A stretch of DNA of 60,169 nt, the filler included, from Sphacelaria rigidula (taxonomy: Eukaryota): the NCBI GenBank assembly GCA_964200075.2. It is 9 parts of 9 records of this genome, joined end to end, with 100 filler letters (N's around TTAATTAATTAA, not from the genome) between each part and the next. Parts side by side here need not be neighbours in the genome. Positions count along the whole stretch, not along the records: positions 33,486 to 40,082 come from CAXNAA020019151.1; positions 40,183 to 46,778 come from CAXNAA020019152.1; positions 46,879 to 53,474 come from CAXNAA020019153.1; 6 more parts are not named here. The stretch is one strand, 5' to 3'. How positions within the stretch are numbered: position 1 is the stretch's first letter; each line of letters starts with the position of its first letter. Both the position numbers and the translations under genes were made by a program. The notes beneath the pieces were generated by a model. The model was not told where the DNA came from. It searched no databases and saw nothing but the letters and a program-made list of their open reading frames with translations. Shown one piece after another: positions 35,304 to 48,681 of this stretch.

Positions 35304-35738
35304 GTGAGATGAACTGCAGTACATGCCTCGGGCCTGCTGTTTCTCTGAATAAGGTCGCTGCATACACTAGTGGCATTTTCACCTTCTACAAGTTTTCCCT
35401 TTTCATTCACCATGTTCCAAGTGTACTTTCCATTGCCGAGGAGTGATGCCGGGCTGATGTATTATTGTGTTGCCGCTGAGAAACAGAGAACGTAAGCAGT
35501 ACGTGAGTAAACGCGAGCCTTGATGGGGGGAGTGGGACTTCAGATTCTGTGACGCTTTCTCCAGATACAGTTGAGGCATATAAAAATAGTAGAGGTGAAC
35601 AAAATCCAGAGCTAGCAGAAGACAGTAACGTTGGTGGAAGAGGAAGTAACTTTTCGAGAAACTCGGATAATATCTGAACGATCATAGAATGGCACGTTTT
35701 CCCGTCGTTTTTTTGTCTCGAACGGGTACACCCCGCAG

Positions 35739-35912
35739 GTGAAGTCGTCGAGCGTGGTATTCCCGCTCCTGCTGGTGATCGCATTGCTGACGTACATGTG
35801 GACCATTCTGGGGACCATTCTGTTCGGAAATGACACCTTTGTCAATTTGTTCGGCTCGGGTGAAGAATACGAGGCGGTTAATAGGCACCAGGGCTTCTTC
35901 AGCGTTGCTCAG
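35739..35912 (+). CDS. Same channel, S5 and extracellular loop exon
   Basis: VKSSSVVFPLLLVIALLTYMWTILGTILFGND...VNRHQGFFSVAQ (Y...G..LFG ... H..F motifs). Confidence 0.9.
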
Positions 35913-36434
35913 GTAGAGTGGAGAGGAGCACATTACAGTACGCGGATGCGCTTGTGTATACTAGAATTTGATCTCGAACTACTGCCGTAGATATTTTGCT
36001 GGGTTTCTTGTGTCGTGAAGTTACTGGGAAGCGGCGTGAAGTATTGAGCTCATTTATATTTTTGACGCAATCGCCTTGGCGATACTGAACGAGCCCTACA
36101 CGTGTTTATTGCAACGTTCTCGAGAGCAAGTCGGACACCCCGTAAACCCAAATAGACAGACGCCTGCAAGATGTCTGTGCTCATACGTTCCGCGTGATAG
36201 TAGACGAATGTAGCGCTTGTAGATCAATCTCAGGACCCTTCCAATCCATATTGCGATTCATATCTTCGCGACTGGGGCGATTATGGTTTCGCAGGGGATG
36301 CAAAAATTGATGTCTGCGATATTTTTACCATTTCATGATTCTCGGCATGACTGCGCTTTTATGTTGCTTAGTGGTATTACCGTTTGCTTCCGAGCAAGAA
36401 TCATTTCCGCACGCGGCCACTGTTCGCGTTCTAG

Positions 36435-36644
36435 GGAATACAAACTATGGTGGGAGTCGCGACAACGCCCGGGTCGGATGGATGGATTACTTTAATGCAG
36501 AGGTACAAGGACGTCAGCGAGGGAAGCTGGAAGTGGGGAGTTGTGCTGTTTTTCACATCTTACGCGTTTCTCACGAGATATCTCGGGATGAACTTGTTCA
36601 TGATGACTCTGCTGTTCAAGTACAAGACGCACTCCAACGATAAG
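36435..36644 (+). CDS. Same channel, pore helix/filter and S6 exon
   Basis: GIQTMVGVATTPGSDGWITLM...VVLFFTSYAFLTRYLGMNLFMMTLL (FF.SY...NLF S6 signature). Confidence 0.9.
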
Positions 36645-37787
36645 GTGGGCCGGGCACATGGTGAGCATTAATACAAGCATGTTTGCAGCAATACTGGACA
36701 CAGGTGTCGCTGCTGCAAAAACTGTGTTATGTACAGAGCATTCTCCTGATAGATACCCCATAATCGCAAGATTTTCGAGCTGCACATGCTTTTCCTGGGT
36801 CGCACGCATGTTCGTGTTGACCTCCGTGTACAGTGAATGGTACAAGATGCGCTACATCAAAAAGGTACATACAGCAGGAGGATACTAGCACACACGACTC
36901 TACGTACAGGGTAATATTTCACGATACCTTCGAAGCGGTTATTCCTTTGCTTACGCGTGATTGAAAACCAACGTCCGAATCAGTTGCACGGCATGAAAAT
37001 ATAAAAAGCACTGTCAGAAAGCGACCCTATCGACAGACGTGAGGGCTCGTCGTTGTAGTGTAATCTGAAGCAAATGTTGATACCTTTGTCCACCGTCATT
37101 CAGGTGTATCTATAACAATGCTGATATACATGCAAGCATAGATATCAACATATGTGCACCGATGTGTGCTTCCACGCCGCTGTGCGGGCATCGGCGTGTG
37201 TGTTTAATCGCACGAAATTCGGTTTCAGTTAAATTTTCAAGGCGTCCAAAGCGCAACCAAAAGATGTCTCCAACATGTCGGGGCCTACAAACTGTTCGTG
37301 TAGGTAACGGGTCGGGTTTCCGGTTTCCCGTCAGAATCTCTCCCTAAGGAACTTCTACCGAAGGGAAAATCGAATGACTTTGCTCAGAGCTGACCTTGCT
37401 GACAAATGCAATGAGTGGTTGGGAGCATCATTGAATGCACCCGCGTCGATTCAGTCCCTCTTCATTCGTCTCGACGAAGAGAAGGCGAGCGGTATTTCAC
37501 GAACGATATCGTCCTCCACTTGGAAAGCCTCACACTTTGTAAGGCCGCAGCGGACATTCGTCGGATTCTTCCGGTTCTCGTCTCCCAAACATCCGAACAC
37601 GTTAGAACATACGAGAGTAACAGATTTCAACTATTGTAGCGCTGACGCCCGCGGCATGGCTGATCCAATAGTCGATAGTAGATCACAAGGCGAGTAGAAT
37701 GCTGGGGTAGAGATGGCTTGACCCTCGTCACATTGAGGCAGAAACGTATGATGGGAAAATGACCGAGCAAGCATGCACACATTACAG

Positions 37788-37973
37788 GTAGGTGTGGCGA
37801 TGCAGCAGGTGAACCAGTTCAAGCGCGCATGGATGAACTACAACTACACGTACACCAAGGAGTACGAGTCAATATGCGCCGGCCAGCTGGTGGACTTGCT
37901 CAAGGAACTCCCACCCCCCCTGGGTGTGGGGAGCGACGGTTCCTACTATGACGCCCAGATCCTTGCAAAGAAG
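37788..37973 (+). CDS. Same channel, C-terminal EF-hand-like exon
   Basis: VGVAMQQVNQFKRAW...ICAGQLVDLLKELPPPLGVG (F...W ... L..LL..L.PPLG, which follows repeat IV in Cav/Nav). Confidence 0.9.
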
Positions 37974-38640
37974 GTACAGTTCGGCACTACGATTACTCAT
38001 CAATGGGTCTGGTTAAATACGCTTAAAAGGGTCTGTGAAACCTGCTGTAGCATTTCCTGTTGTCAGGGTACTTTCTAGTCCCCAAGAACTTCTATGAAAA
38101 CAAACTCGGGCGAGATACGTGATGTGATTATGCTGCATAACGTGGCCTCGAGATAGTCCTCGCGGTAATCGGTCAGGTGCTTGCATTGCACAGAAGGCTG
38201 CATCACATAATCGAAATCATTGCTTTTGACAAACTCTATAGTGCGCAGGGTCGTTCCTGGAAACTTCAGTACGACTGTCGGATGCTTGCAAGCCACGCAA
38301 TATGTTCATGTATCGGCTATTCTCATGAGAAATGTTCAACAACGGCTCCGCGGTATAAGATCAGCCACGGAGAAGTACCCGCTCTCAGAAGCATCGTATT
38401 TTTCTCGCTCTCAAAACCCTTCAACTCGACTATCCGCAGTCTTCCGAAAACATACCGTGAGAGGACATCCTTTCCTACGCTTTCATTTCAGCCCTCTGGT
38501 TTGTTCTGCTGACAGTTGTTTAGCCTGTTCCGTCTGTTCTGTATTTATATTTATCATTTCTCGAGTCTCCTTCAGCGAGTGCCTCCGCCAGGTTCTCCTC
38601 GAATACAATACGTACTTCTTGTGACCACGACCGGATTCCT

Positions 38641-38885
38641 CCAGGATCCGTTACTGTCCCGCAATCCATGAATCAACCCTCCAGGATCCGTTGATGTTCC
38701 GCGATTCATTAATCAAATCTCTAGGATCGCGTCATGTCCCGCAGTTCATGAATCAATCCTCCAGGGTCCGTTAATGTCCCGCAATTCATGAATCAATCCT
38801 CCAGCATCACTTATTGTCCCGCAATTCGTTAACAAATCCTTCAGCATCACTCAATGTCCCGCAATTCATGCATCAATCCCAGGCC
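38641..38885. repeat. Intronic minisatellite, 40-bp period, ~6 copies
   Basis: CCAGGATCCGTTA.TGTCCCGCAATTCATGAATCAATCCT-like units start at 38641, 38681, 38721, 38761, 38801 and 38841. Confidence 0.92.
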
Positions 38886-39199
38886 AAGATGCTTGAGAAT
38901 GACTGACGTACGGTGTAAATCTAGTTTTTGTCCATGGTGGACCCCACGAACTGCTGTACAACATTGAAGCACCTGAAAAATGTCCGCGAAACTTCATCTT
39001 CCATGTGAACAAGGTTAGCGAAAAACGTAGTTGTATGGTCACGACAGAGTTCGCAAAACTCCCCTCAGCGACATCAATATATCTACCACAGTCAGATGCT
39101 TGCGACACATGGTCGGAAACGTCAAAGGACCGCTAAGGTCTAAGGATCGCGGAAGTTGACACTCCTACTTCATTTTACCACTACCCCTACCCCTGAAAG

Positions 39200-39427
39200 G
39201 TGCTGTCGACGCTGGGTGTGGACGAGCTGAAGCACATCTCGGCGAGAGACCTCAACAGAGTACTTCGACTCAGGACACCGAATCCGAACGACAAGCCCAC
39301 GATCGTAAACATCGATGATCTGCAACACCACCTACGGCAAAAATTGTGCAATTTTGAGTACCTACATGACCCTGCCGATGCATCTTCCAAGCTTGGCCCT
39401 GGCCACATGCGGCTTGGCTTCTCCCAG
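39200..39427 (+). CDS. Same channel, further C-terminal exon
   Basis: Phase-0 open exon VLSTLGVDELK...MRLGFSQ, with an AAG acceptor and CAG|GTAAGC donor. Confidence 0.7.
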
Positions 39428-39829
39428 GTAAGCGTAAATTTCGATGGGTGGGACTTCGACGAATCAGTTCGCATGTTAGAATACCATGTGATTTATTGGT
39501 TGATTGTTGCACATGACCTCACACCCGAGGAACCGTGCTCATAACATAAAAGCATGTGTCTCAGTGCTTCTCTGAGATAGTTCAGGTAGTGTATAGTACT
39601 ACAACAGCATACCATTGTTTAGAAAGAACACTGTAGCGCAATCAAATCTGCAAGCACATCCCGTCGGAGAAATCTGAGACTAATTTCACTTGATGTTCCT
39701 TCTTCACTGAAATCGGCAAATTCGGTTACAAGTTCACAAGCGCTGTACTTGTGACGTACGTTCTTCAAGACATTTTGAGGTGACTTGCCGTAGTGTGGAC
39801 TAGGGAAGCGCATCCCGACCGCGAGAGGA

Positions 39830-40082
39830 GGGGGGGGCGTACTCATTCGTTGCTCGCCTTAGTCGTTTGACCGCCCCTTTCGAAACGGAGCACCGTTCCT
39901 ACTCCTAATAGAGACACTTCCAACATTCCGGCGTTCATTATGTTTCTTCCATACATTGCACGAAGACATTTTACATGTCTTATCCCCGTCCTGTTTCGCC
40001 GTCTCTGGCCACTATTGATCTCCTAGTATAGCCATCGTTTTCTGCCTACTGTCTAATACATCAAACAATTCCATGCCACCTT
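39830..40082 (-). repeat. Dispersed repeat family A copy
   Basis: Reverse complement of 7-288 with a small internal deletion. Confidence 0.9.
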
Positions 40083-40699
40083 NNNNNNNNNNNNNNNNNN
40101 NNNNNNNNNNNNNNNNNNNNNNNNNNTTAATTAATTAANNNNNNNNNNNNNNNNNNNNNNNNNNNNNNNNNNNNNNNNNNNNGGCCTTGAACAAAAATCT
40201 GGCTATGTCACCCTCTTCGTCTCTTCATTGCGGTCAGTATGATACCATATATGCGGCTATTGGGTGCGTACTGCCGAAGGCATATGCTATGACACAATTT
40301 TGGGTGATCATCGTGAACCAGCCTGTAGCGGCGACGGCTATTGATAGATTGTTGTCCAAATCCAACGATGGCGGCAATGGCTATCGATAGATGGCCTACC
40401 AAATCTATCGCGTATTACGATGTCTATCGATGGCCAGTGATCTTATTATATTGTAATTGTAGTAGACTATTGAACGATGCTTGCAACATCTATTGTCTCT
40501 TGCAATAGATGTCAATATATATGTATATGTGTGTATATATATGTGTGTGTTTCACCATCTATTGTGTTCGACAATATATATATATATATATATATCGATA
40601 GGCTTTCCCCCGCGTCTAATACTGGAGGAATGGTCTATTGTTGTGTCCACTGTCCAGAGTGTCATTGATTGATCGTCGCACTTCAACTGAACCCCCAAG

Positions 40700-40970
40700 G
40701 ATCCAGCCCTGGTCACACAAAAAAGGGAGGTCAACACAAGCCTTTTTTTGTTTTGGCTTTTAGTTCTCTGCGGTGCTTGCCGTTCTTTTTCCTCGCGAGA
40801 AGGATTCAGCGGTCTCTTTTCCCCCGTCGACATGACATGGTCGCTCTCCCCTGTTGGGCATGCATGACGAAGAGAAAAAATCCCAGAACCATGTGACGTC
40901 ACTGAGATTCGAACCCACATCCCAACCGTAACAAGGTTTCGAGGTTTCGAAACTGAGCCACTGAGGTGAC
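40700..40970 (-). mobile_element. tRNA-derived SINE-like element, second copy
   Basis: Minus-strand GTGGCTCAGTTT..GGGTTCGAATC head; body homologous to 27655-27860. Confidence 0.72.
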
Positions 40971-42634
40971 GAGCTTCGCATTCAACAACATAAGAAAATG
41001 CTGTGTTTCCACGCGTGTTGCATCGTAAAATTAACGAGAACAAAGCACGTAGACGCGAGAAAGCTGGCCGCCGGGCGGGAGTTGCGATTTTCGAATGGCA
41101 ACTAATGCCAAACCTTGACGATTGTTGCGCCTGTGGTAAGTACGACGAAAGAGGGTGATATTTCGGCGGCACGGTTGCCCGCGGCCGCAGAGGTGTCCTT
41201 CCTACCTGTCGGCGCTGGGTAGTAGTTTTGTTCACCCGAGATGTATGGTGACCACGTGGGGCAACCAATCCCCAGAAAATTCCACGTGAAAAACACGGAT
41301 ATGACAACTAATGAACTCCAAGACACACACACATACGCACACGAGAGCAGAAATGGGTGCAACGAGTATGTAACGCCCCTTGGCCATAGCTGCATGTATA
41401 CGCTATCCTATTTTTCGTAGGCAACCGCGACAGTAGATGGTCACACCATGACTACGGACAGCAGTGCAGAACGTCAGAGTTTCCCGAAAACCGCCACTGC
41501 CAGTACAGATGGATAGGTGTGCAGTCATGTGGGGTTTCATGTGCAGTCAAGAAGTCTCAACAGTCTCAGTTTGTTCGGCCGAGATATGCTTGCCGATGGT
41601 GCTTGAGGAACGCGGTACCGTTGCATGTTTTCCCCTCGTGCTCTCAGTGTGCGCTGTGTGCATGCGCTCTCCCGTTGCGTGCTTTCTATGTTTTTTTAAC
41701 GAATTGTAAATATGCAAAAACCCATGAAAATCTAACGATATCGCGCCATGGACGAATTAGGTGATATTTCGATATGATTTTCGACAGAGGCCGCAGTTGT
41801 GTTCTACTCACCTAGGGGCGGTTTACCCTCTTGGAACCCAGGGACGGTTTTGATTTTTTATGAATCGGCATCATTTTCAGTCATTTTCAAGCCGATATGA
41901 TGCCGATTCACAAAACAAATCGACAATGGGTTACCAAATGGTTGATAGCACTTTGTTCATGCTGGCCTAGCCTTGCAAGAGCTGCACATGGCAAGGTGTC
42001 TCGGAAGAAATAGCCTGAAGCCGTGATTTTTGTGTGTAAAACTTCGTCGAATTCGTTGCCCATACGGTCAGTATTCACGAGGTGTGCGTCAAACTTGTTT
42101 CCTCTTCCGGACATGCCCCCCGGCAATGAAAAGCCACTTGTGCACCCGGATGCACAGAATCCTCATGTGCACACGTGGGTAATGACCGATTAGATATGTT
42201 TTTCCGTCGAGGTTTCACGCCAGTAGAATGTAAGCGAGCTCGTCAGATTTCTGCGGTTGCAGCACATGTGATTTTAGTGCAGGAGCATCATATTTAGATC
42301 TGTTGAGAGCTGACAGTCGCGAGTGCCATCTACCATCGTGCACAGCACGCGGTTTCTGCTGGAATCGATGCCTAACGCACCCTTCGCCTAGGACACGGCA
42401 TGTACATCCCTCTGCCGAGGGTTATCGGAATGCCTTGAGCGGAGGTTACGGTTGGGGTTAAATCTAGGATTCCCGTTAATCCAAAACCATATATTCCGGA
42501 GAACCTTATCTGAAGAGTCATTATACGGAGTAGTAGAAACCGAGCTCTTTCCAACCTCCTCCGCACACGTCACCGCCCCCCGCCCCTGTCGCCGTGAAAA
42601 ATCCGCCAAAACCAAACTCACCACGGTACAACAG

Positions 42635-44290
42635 GAAATCCTCCTAGAACAACTCAAGACCCAGCAGCGGAAAGAGGAACAGCTACGAGACACACACATC
42701 ATCCTCCTACGGGCTTACCATTCTCCCCCCCACCAACCGCCACAATCTCTACCAACATCAGTCGCTACCGTGCACTCCTCATCTCCACTGGGTCTACCAC
42801 GCTCCCGATACACCAACACTTTGCTGCCGCCGCAACCGCCGCCGTCATCACCGGCTGGAACGCCGCGCTCCGCGCTCGCCCCCGGCTCTGTCAGCCCTTT
42901 GCAGAAATCTGCTGTATCACGGGCAGAGGCGAGTGCCTTGGTCAGAGCCGATGCCGCCGCTTCAGCGTCGAACGTTTCCGGCGTAAAATCGGTTTCTCTA
43001 CAGGAAGCACTGGGCATGACGGGACGTACCGCTACTGCTACCCCATCGGGTACACAGGACGCGGTGGTTTATACTGCTAGCGCGAAGTCGCAAGCGTTGC
43101 CGGTGACTCCAGTGCCGCAGCAACAACCTCCGTCGTGGATCGGGAGGCACGCCCTGTACAGGAAGAGTATCAGCGACCCGAAGCCGGCTGCGACCCCTTC
43201 TCTCTCAACCCTTCGAACTTCGATCGCCCGTGGTGGGACGGCAGCAGCGTCTCCTTCGCCCCCTTCGCGGCAAAAAACAACACCTGCGGAACTGGCATTT
43301 GTAGCGACGGACGGCGTGTCGAGCGCGGGTACCGGAACCCGTCATCAGAAAGACGTTGGTAGCGCCGGGTATCGGGCATTGCCCCCCCCGAAGGACACAG
43401 CCCCCGTCATCAAGAACGATCAAATGGAACGTTTGGAGCTTGGTGCCCCCGCTGACGGTGGGAAGTCGTCCGCGGGGCATTGCGGAAGCCTAATAGTACC
43501 GGCAATGAGTTGCCAACGATTTTTAGGTGCCGAGCCGGCGGCTGGCCTTCAACCAGGAGCAGGCTCTTCCGCGATCCAACGTGATACGGTAATTGGCGCG
43601 TCAGGAGTGGATAACAACGGGGAGGGTCCTGTCGCTGGTGTACAGGTCACATCCTCACCGGCTTCGAAGAAGCGCGCGAAAAACTCCCTGAAAACGGAGG
43701 GGGGGACGGACAATAACATCGACTGCACCGGCCGCGGCGGCATCCAAAAGCCCGATGCCTCTGATGTCAACGTCGGTCATGTTGGTGTAGATAACATGCG
43801 CGAGTCACCTGTCCAGCAAGGATCTAGTGTGAAGGCGATGGCCGCAACGCTAGGAAAAAGCGCCGAAATCACCACCGCCGCCACGATTGCGGTGGCCAGT
43901 AGTGCAAGTTTATCCGATAGGGGTGCTGCTGTGGATGATGTCCGACCTGACGAAGACAAAATAGCAGCACCGAGCGTTCCGTCACGTGCTGCCACCATTG
44001 CAGCGGCAGCCGCTCAAAAACACGTGGTGGACTCTCCGGGTCCAGGTGCCTATCGCTGTCAGGTCGTAGGACCGGGGGCGTCAGCTGCGGCGGTAGCTGG
44101 AGCTCACTCAGCGGCTGCGATGGAAGAGATTGGTGGTGGGGAGGGCGACGGAGACGACAAGAGTACTTATTTGCTGTCGGCAGGCAGACCGACTCGAAAG
44201 CGGCGGAAGAGCGCGCAGGTCGGGTGGCGGTTTCGGTACAGCGCCGACGAGTTTGACTCTGGTGAAGGTATAGCCGATGGTCGAGAGGAG
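42635..44290 (+). CDS. Large internal exon of an unknown Ala/Ser/Pro-rich, probably disordered protein
   Basis: Lies within a 666-codon ORF. CAG acceptor at 42634, GAG|GTACGT donor. Short coiled-coil-like start (EILLEQLKTQQRKEEQLRD). No domain recognised. Confidence 0.75.
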
Positions 44291-44454
44291 GTACGTGTTG
44301 TTGTGCGGTCGTTGGGATTATTGACGGAATCGAATCAAACGTGTGTACTGCCGTGTACCCGTTTGCTTTCGTTTGGACTCGCCTGTTGTGTTTGCTTGCT
44401 TTTCTTCCTTGTACTTGATCTCTATTTTGTTTTCGCCGTTGGCTTTACTTGAGG

Positions 44455-46500
44455 AGCTACCTTTCTGTTCTTCAGTTAAGCTACAAATTCCTTCCCTTCC
44501 TTTCTTGTGATCTTTCTCTGCATTTTGTTGAGTCAGTATCTTCCCGTTTGTATGCCTCTACATTTGCCTCTGCCCACGCGTTGAATTTTTTCTCGAATAT
44601 CGCGTCGAACCTCTCGTGAGGTTTTGGTGTCCCCACTTTACTGTAGTGCTCTACTAGTACTTCTCTCTTCCCCCTCGAACTACTGACCATTCCACCGTTC
44701 TGTGCTTTGAGGGCAGCTATTCCCTTGTCTGTCTTTCCTGCCTGTTTGCCCATGATCCCTTTATCCCCACCCACGTTTGCTTCATCCGTCATCAAAATCT
44801 TCATTTATTTTGTTGACTACTTCTCTTCATCTACCATTTTTTTCTTCTTTACCATTTTTTTCATATTTTATCTAGCATTGGTCTTCCCCCCCCCCATCCT
44901 ACCGTAGTTTCACTCGATATGTACCTTGCGTGGGTCTCTCGCCTTACTCTTTTAGCCTCTGTTACTTCCTCGCCTCACCATTTTACTGCTCTGTTGCATG
45001 CGATCAGGTTGTTCCATATGACTTCATTCGCTGTTCTTGTCCAACTGCTCTCATCCTTCTATCATCTTTGCTCCTGTCCGATCCCTTCCCATTCCGGCAT
45101 CAACTGTTCCTACGCTTTCCAACAGTTCGAATTTTTTTACTGCATTTTTGGTTATCTCTTCTTGAAAGTCTCGCTATTTCTCTTCCATATCTCGTTTATC
45201 CATTCTCCATTTATACAACTTCCTACCCCGCCTATTTCTCTTCGCTCTCGTCTGTTGGCTTTCTGTCCACACTAGGCAATGATCTGCAGTTCCCACGTCC
45301 TCTGCGCACACATGTACTTCCATTTCCTTACTAATCCCGTCCTCTACCACTATATAGTCAAGAACAGAGCATTCTCTCTCGTCTTTACATTCTCTAGTCC
45401 GTATTCATTCCGCCTCTGGCTTTCGTCCTTTAGCGACTTCATCTCGTCATTCTGAAGGGACTCCAGCATGTCTACCCCGTTCGTGTTCTCATTATTTTTC
45501 CCGTATTGCCCAATGATATCATCCGGCCGACTTGCTCTTCCAACCCTTGCATTAAATTCTCCCACTAGTATTACTCTGCCTTGCCTTTTATACTTCTGTA
45601 CATCTGCTGCTATCTCTCGAGACCTCCGCTGTACCCTTCGATTTTAGGGGCATATACACGTTTCCTACGAAAAAGTATTTCGTTCCCCGCTCTCCTGTTA
45701 CCCTTATCCATATGCTCTCGTCAAATTCGTGTCTTTAATGACTTTTATTATGTCACATAGGTATTCTTTGATTAAGAATCCTAGTCCCCAATCCCATGTT
45801 TTCGGCGTTCTGTCCCTTCCATTTTCCCCTGTCCATGCGTATTCTCCAGCTTTGCATCCCATTTCCGCCCCCTCTTTCTCCCATGACTCTTGGATTCCCA
45901 CTATATCTAGGTCGCGCTGACTTACTTGTTCGGCCATCTCTCTATTTTTTTGCGTTCGTCTGTGGCGAATCCACAAACGTTCCACGATCCTACTCTCAAC
46001 TTCCTTTTCGACTCCTTATCCACTCTCCTTTTGTCTGTTGTTCTCTCTCCGTCGTTTTTACTTCAATGTCCCCTTGCTGGTCGCTTTGGCGCGCTATTTC
46101 CCCTCCTCTTTCCCTCCCGGGCACTACTTCCCTGCTTCTCTTTTCTTCCGTTTACCCGCAGACTACGTCTTGGGTTTGCTGTTCCATTGGGTATGCATAC
46201 CCTCCACCCTACTCTTCTAGCACATGCCGACACCTTTCTCGTCTCTATGTTTTCCCACTCCTTGCTCGCGCTCTGTTTTAGCGTGAGTCGGATCTGTTCT
46301 CCCTCCCTTTCCATTTGTCTTGATGCCAAACAGCACAGTCCATTGCCTTTCCTTTCGAACTCTATTCTCGTCATACCACGACGGACTCCGAACACCAGCA
46401 CTACCAGTACCTTGCCGGTTCACTCTTTACTTCTCCATCCACCCTTCCTTACCTCTTTCTCTCTCAATATCTTTCAAGAGCATCTCCAGCTTGTTCGTTC
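44455..46500 (-). mobile_element. Degenerate LINE: ORF1 remnant, AP-endonuclease and linker, ending before the RT core
   Basis: LDIVGIQESW, GLGFLIK, GNVYMP, VILVGEFNARVG, GKNNENTNG, VLDYIVV, then IAALKAQNGGMV..LVEHYSK. Frameshifts and stops throughout. Confidence 0.9.
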
Positions 46501-47490
46501 CACGCATTGTGGTAGGATGTAGTCGAGGAAGGGGGGGGTGGGGGGGGTACTTATTATCATGCATGCCATAGACATACGACCATTCACCTCGCACTCCTAC
46601 GAAGCCGAGACAGAGCACGCCGGGTTTTCGCCGGGCCAGGCTCGCAATCACCAAGCGGAGCACCGTCATGGGAAGGGGAATGTCGGAACGCTGGCAATAT
46701 GTTGGTTGTACCAGCTCTACAATACGAGCTGGGCCAGCCGAAAAAACGGATTTAAGCTCCAAAAACAATATCTCATCGNNNNNNNNNNNNNNNNNNNNNN
46801 NNNNNNNNNNNNNNNNNNNNNNTTAATTAATTAANNNNNNNNNNNNNNNNNNNNNNNNNNNNNNNNNNNNNNNNNNNNGAAAACCCGGCGTGCTCCGTCC
46901 CGGCTTTGTAGGGATGCGAGGTCAATGGTCTTATGACTATGGCATGCATGATCATGAGTTCACCCCCTCCGTTCAATGTCTCGAAAGGGATGCGTGGTCA
47001 ATGGCCAAACGACTCAGGCAAGCAACAAATGAGTAAACTCCCCCCCGCCCCGGCCAATGTGCGAAGTAAACGATTGTGACATAAAAAAGAGTTGGTACTT
47101 GATACGAGTATAGTAGCGAGAAATCGATCGCTATTATAGGAGATAATTGGTGGTCAAAGACGGCGAAATAGGAAGGGAATGTGATACCGTACGTGAAAGG
47201 TTTTTGTGTAATATATGGACAAAACGCAATGAGCGCCGAAATGTTGGAGATGTCTGTCTCTAACGGTGCTCCGTCTCGGAAGGGATGCGTGATCAATAGT
47301 CAAATGACTAAGATAAGCAAACAAATGAGTCTGGCGTGCTCCGTCCCGTTTTTATGGGGATGCGAAGTCACCGGTCATATGACTATGGCGTGCAAAATCA
47401 TGAGTACGCCCCCCCCCCCGCCCGGCCCATCATTCGCCTGCTTGCGGTCTTTGCCGAAATAACGAACCCAACAAACGACGACGACGTCAG

Positions 47491-47826
47491 ATCAGTGTGG
47501 AATACATTGCCACCTGTTCATGGGACAAGCATATTCGGGTATACCCCGTTGGAGGCGACCACGATAAAGGCCAAGTAGTAGTTCAAGCATCTCAAACAGC
47601 CGGCGACGGCGGCGATAGCGGAACCTTGAGGGCGCCTGCAAACGTGTTCCCCCCCGAATCGTCAAGCAGACAAGACGGGGCTACAAAGAGGATGGCGATA
47701 TCGGCGAAAACGACGGCAGCAGAAGTCGACACAAACGAGAGAAATAGAGATGGAGGTGGAGATGATGGATGCCGCGGCGGACACTCGGCGGATATTCTTG
47801 CCATTGCACACTGTGGCTTTCAGCAG
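47491..47826 (+). CDS. WD40-repeat protein exon (possibly WDR49/WDR64-like)
   Basis: EYIATCSWDKHIRVY ... GHSADILAIAHCGFQQ; donor CAG|GTCTGA. The acceptor could alternatively be at 47495. Confidence 0.82.
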
Positions 47827-47921
47827 GTCTGATATATTGAAGTCTTGATTGTAGTCTGGAGGGGTGGGCAAAGGTCGAATGTTCTGTGAACGTGGGTCGG
47901 TAGCTGAGACCGCTTGGGTGA

Positions 47922-47922
47922 G

Positions 47923-47995
<73 letters not shown>

Positions 47996-47997
47996 CG
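47922..47997. repeat. (GTT)n microsatellite, intronic
   Basis: ~25 GTT units with two GAT interruptions. Confidence 0.97.
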
Positions 47998-48582
47998 TAA
48001 TGCGTGATACTTTGAGTGGCTGTCTGGAGCAAGCGCCCGAACGTACATCTCTAGTTTACGAAACCGCTGGCGTACTGTCACAGCACCCGGATATGATCAT
48101 CGTTTTTGCATAAGACAATGAACTCGCAACTTGAAAAGACCCCGCATACACGCTATAGCGGCGATCGTTTGGACCAAGCTCTACGACTACGACGACCAAA
48201 AAAAGAAACGATACGGTACGTACGTTCGTTCTTAGCCGCGCTTCGAGACCGGCGGTGGTTTTGCTCGTGAAGTATACCGTGATACCCAACCGAAAATATT
48301 TAACTTTCTTCTGATTCGACGTCTGCATGTACACTGTTGTTGTACACTACGATGAAACAGCTCATGTCTTCTGTCTCTTTCTCTGCCACACACATATCCA
48401 CGCGCAGCATCAAAGAAGACATGCCAGTTTACCCACCACCAGCTACGAAAGCGTCTTGAACAAAGTCATACCCGCGCTAACGGACCGACCGGCTAGGGTA
48501 CGCTCGTGGTGAGCGACGGCAAAAATTGTTCGGCATTTCTCGGAATGCTCTTCGCGCGCATACGGCCGGCACATGCGCACAG

Positions 48583-48681
48583 GTAGCGACGGGAGGGTTC
48601 GACGGGACGATATTCCTGTGGGGCACCGAGAGCGGTAATGCGAACTTCTCGATGCGGCCATCCGATCATGACATCAGCCAG
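48583..48681 (+). CDS. WD40-repeat protein exon
   Basis: VATGGFDGTIFLWGTESG...; phase 0 continues the previous exon. Confidence 0.87.

Noticed and set aside
36295..36330. Alternative pore exon (CAG|GMQKLM..., resembling GIQTMV)
   Set aside because: Similarity lasts about six codons and no filter or S6 motif follows.
47662..48081. PolyQ / polyN ORFs
   Set aside because: Translations of the intronic (GTT)n microsatellite.
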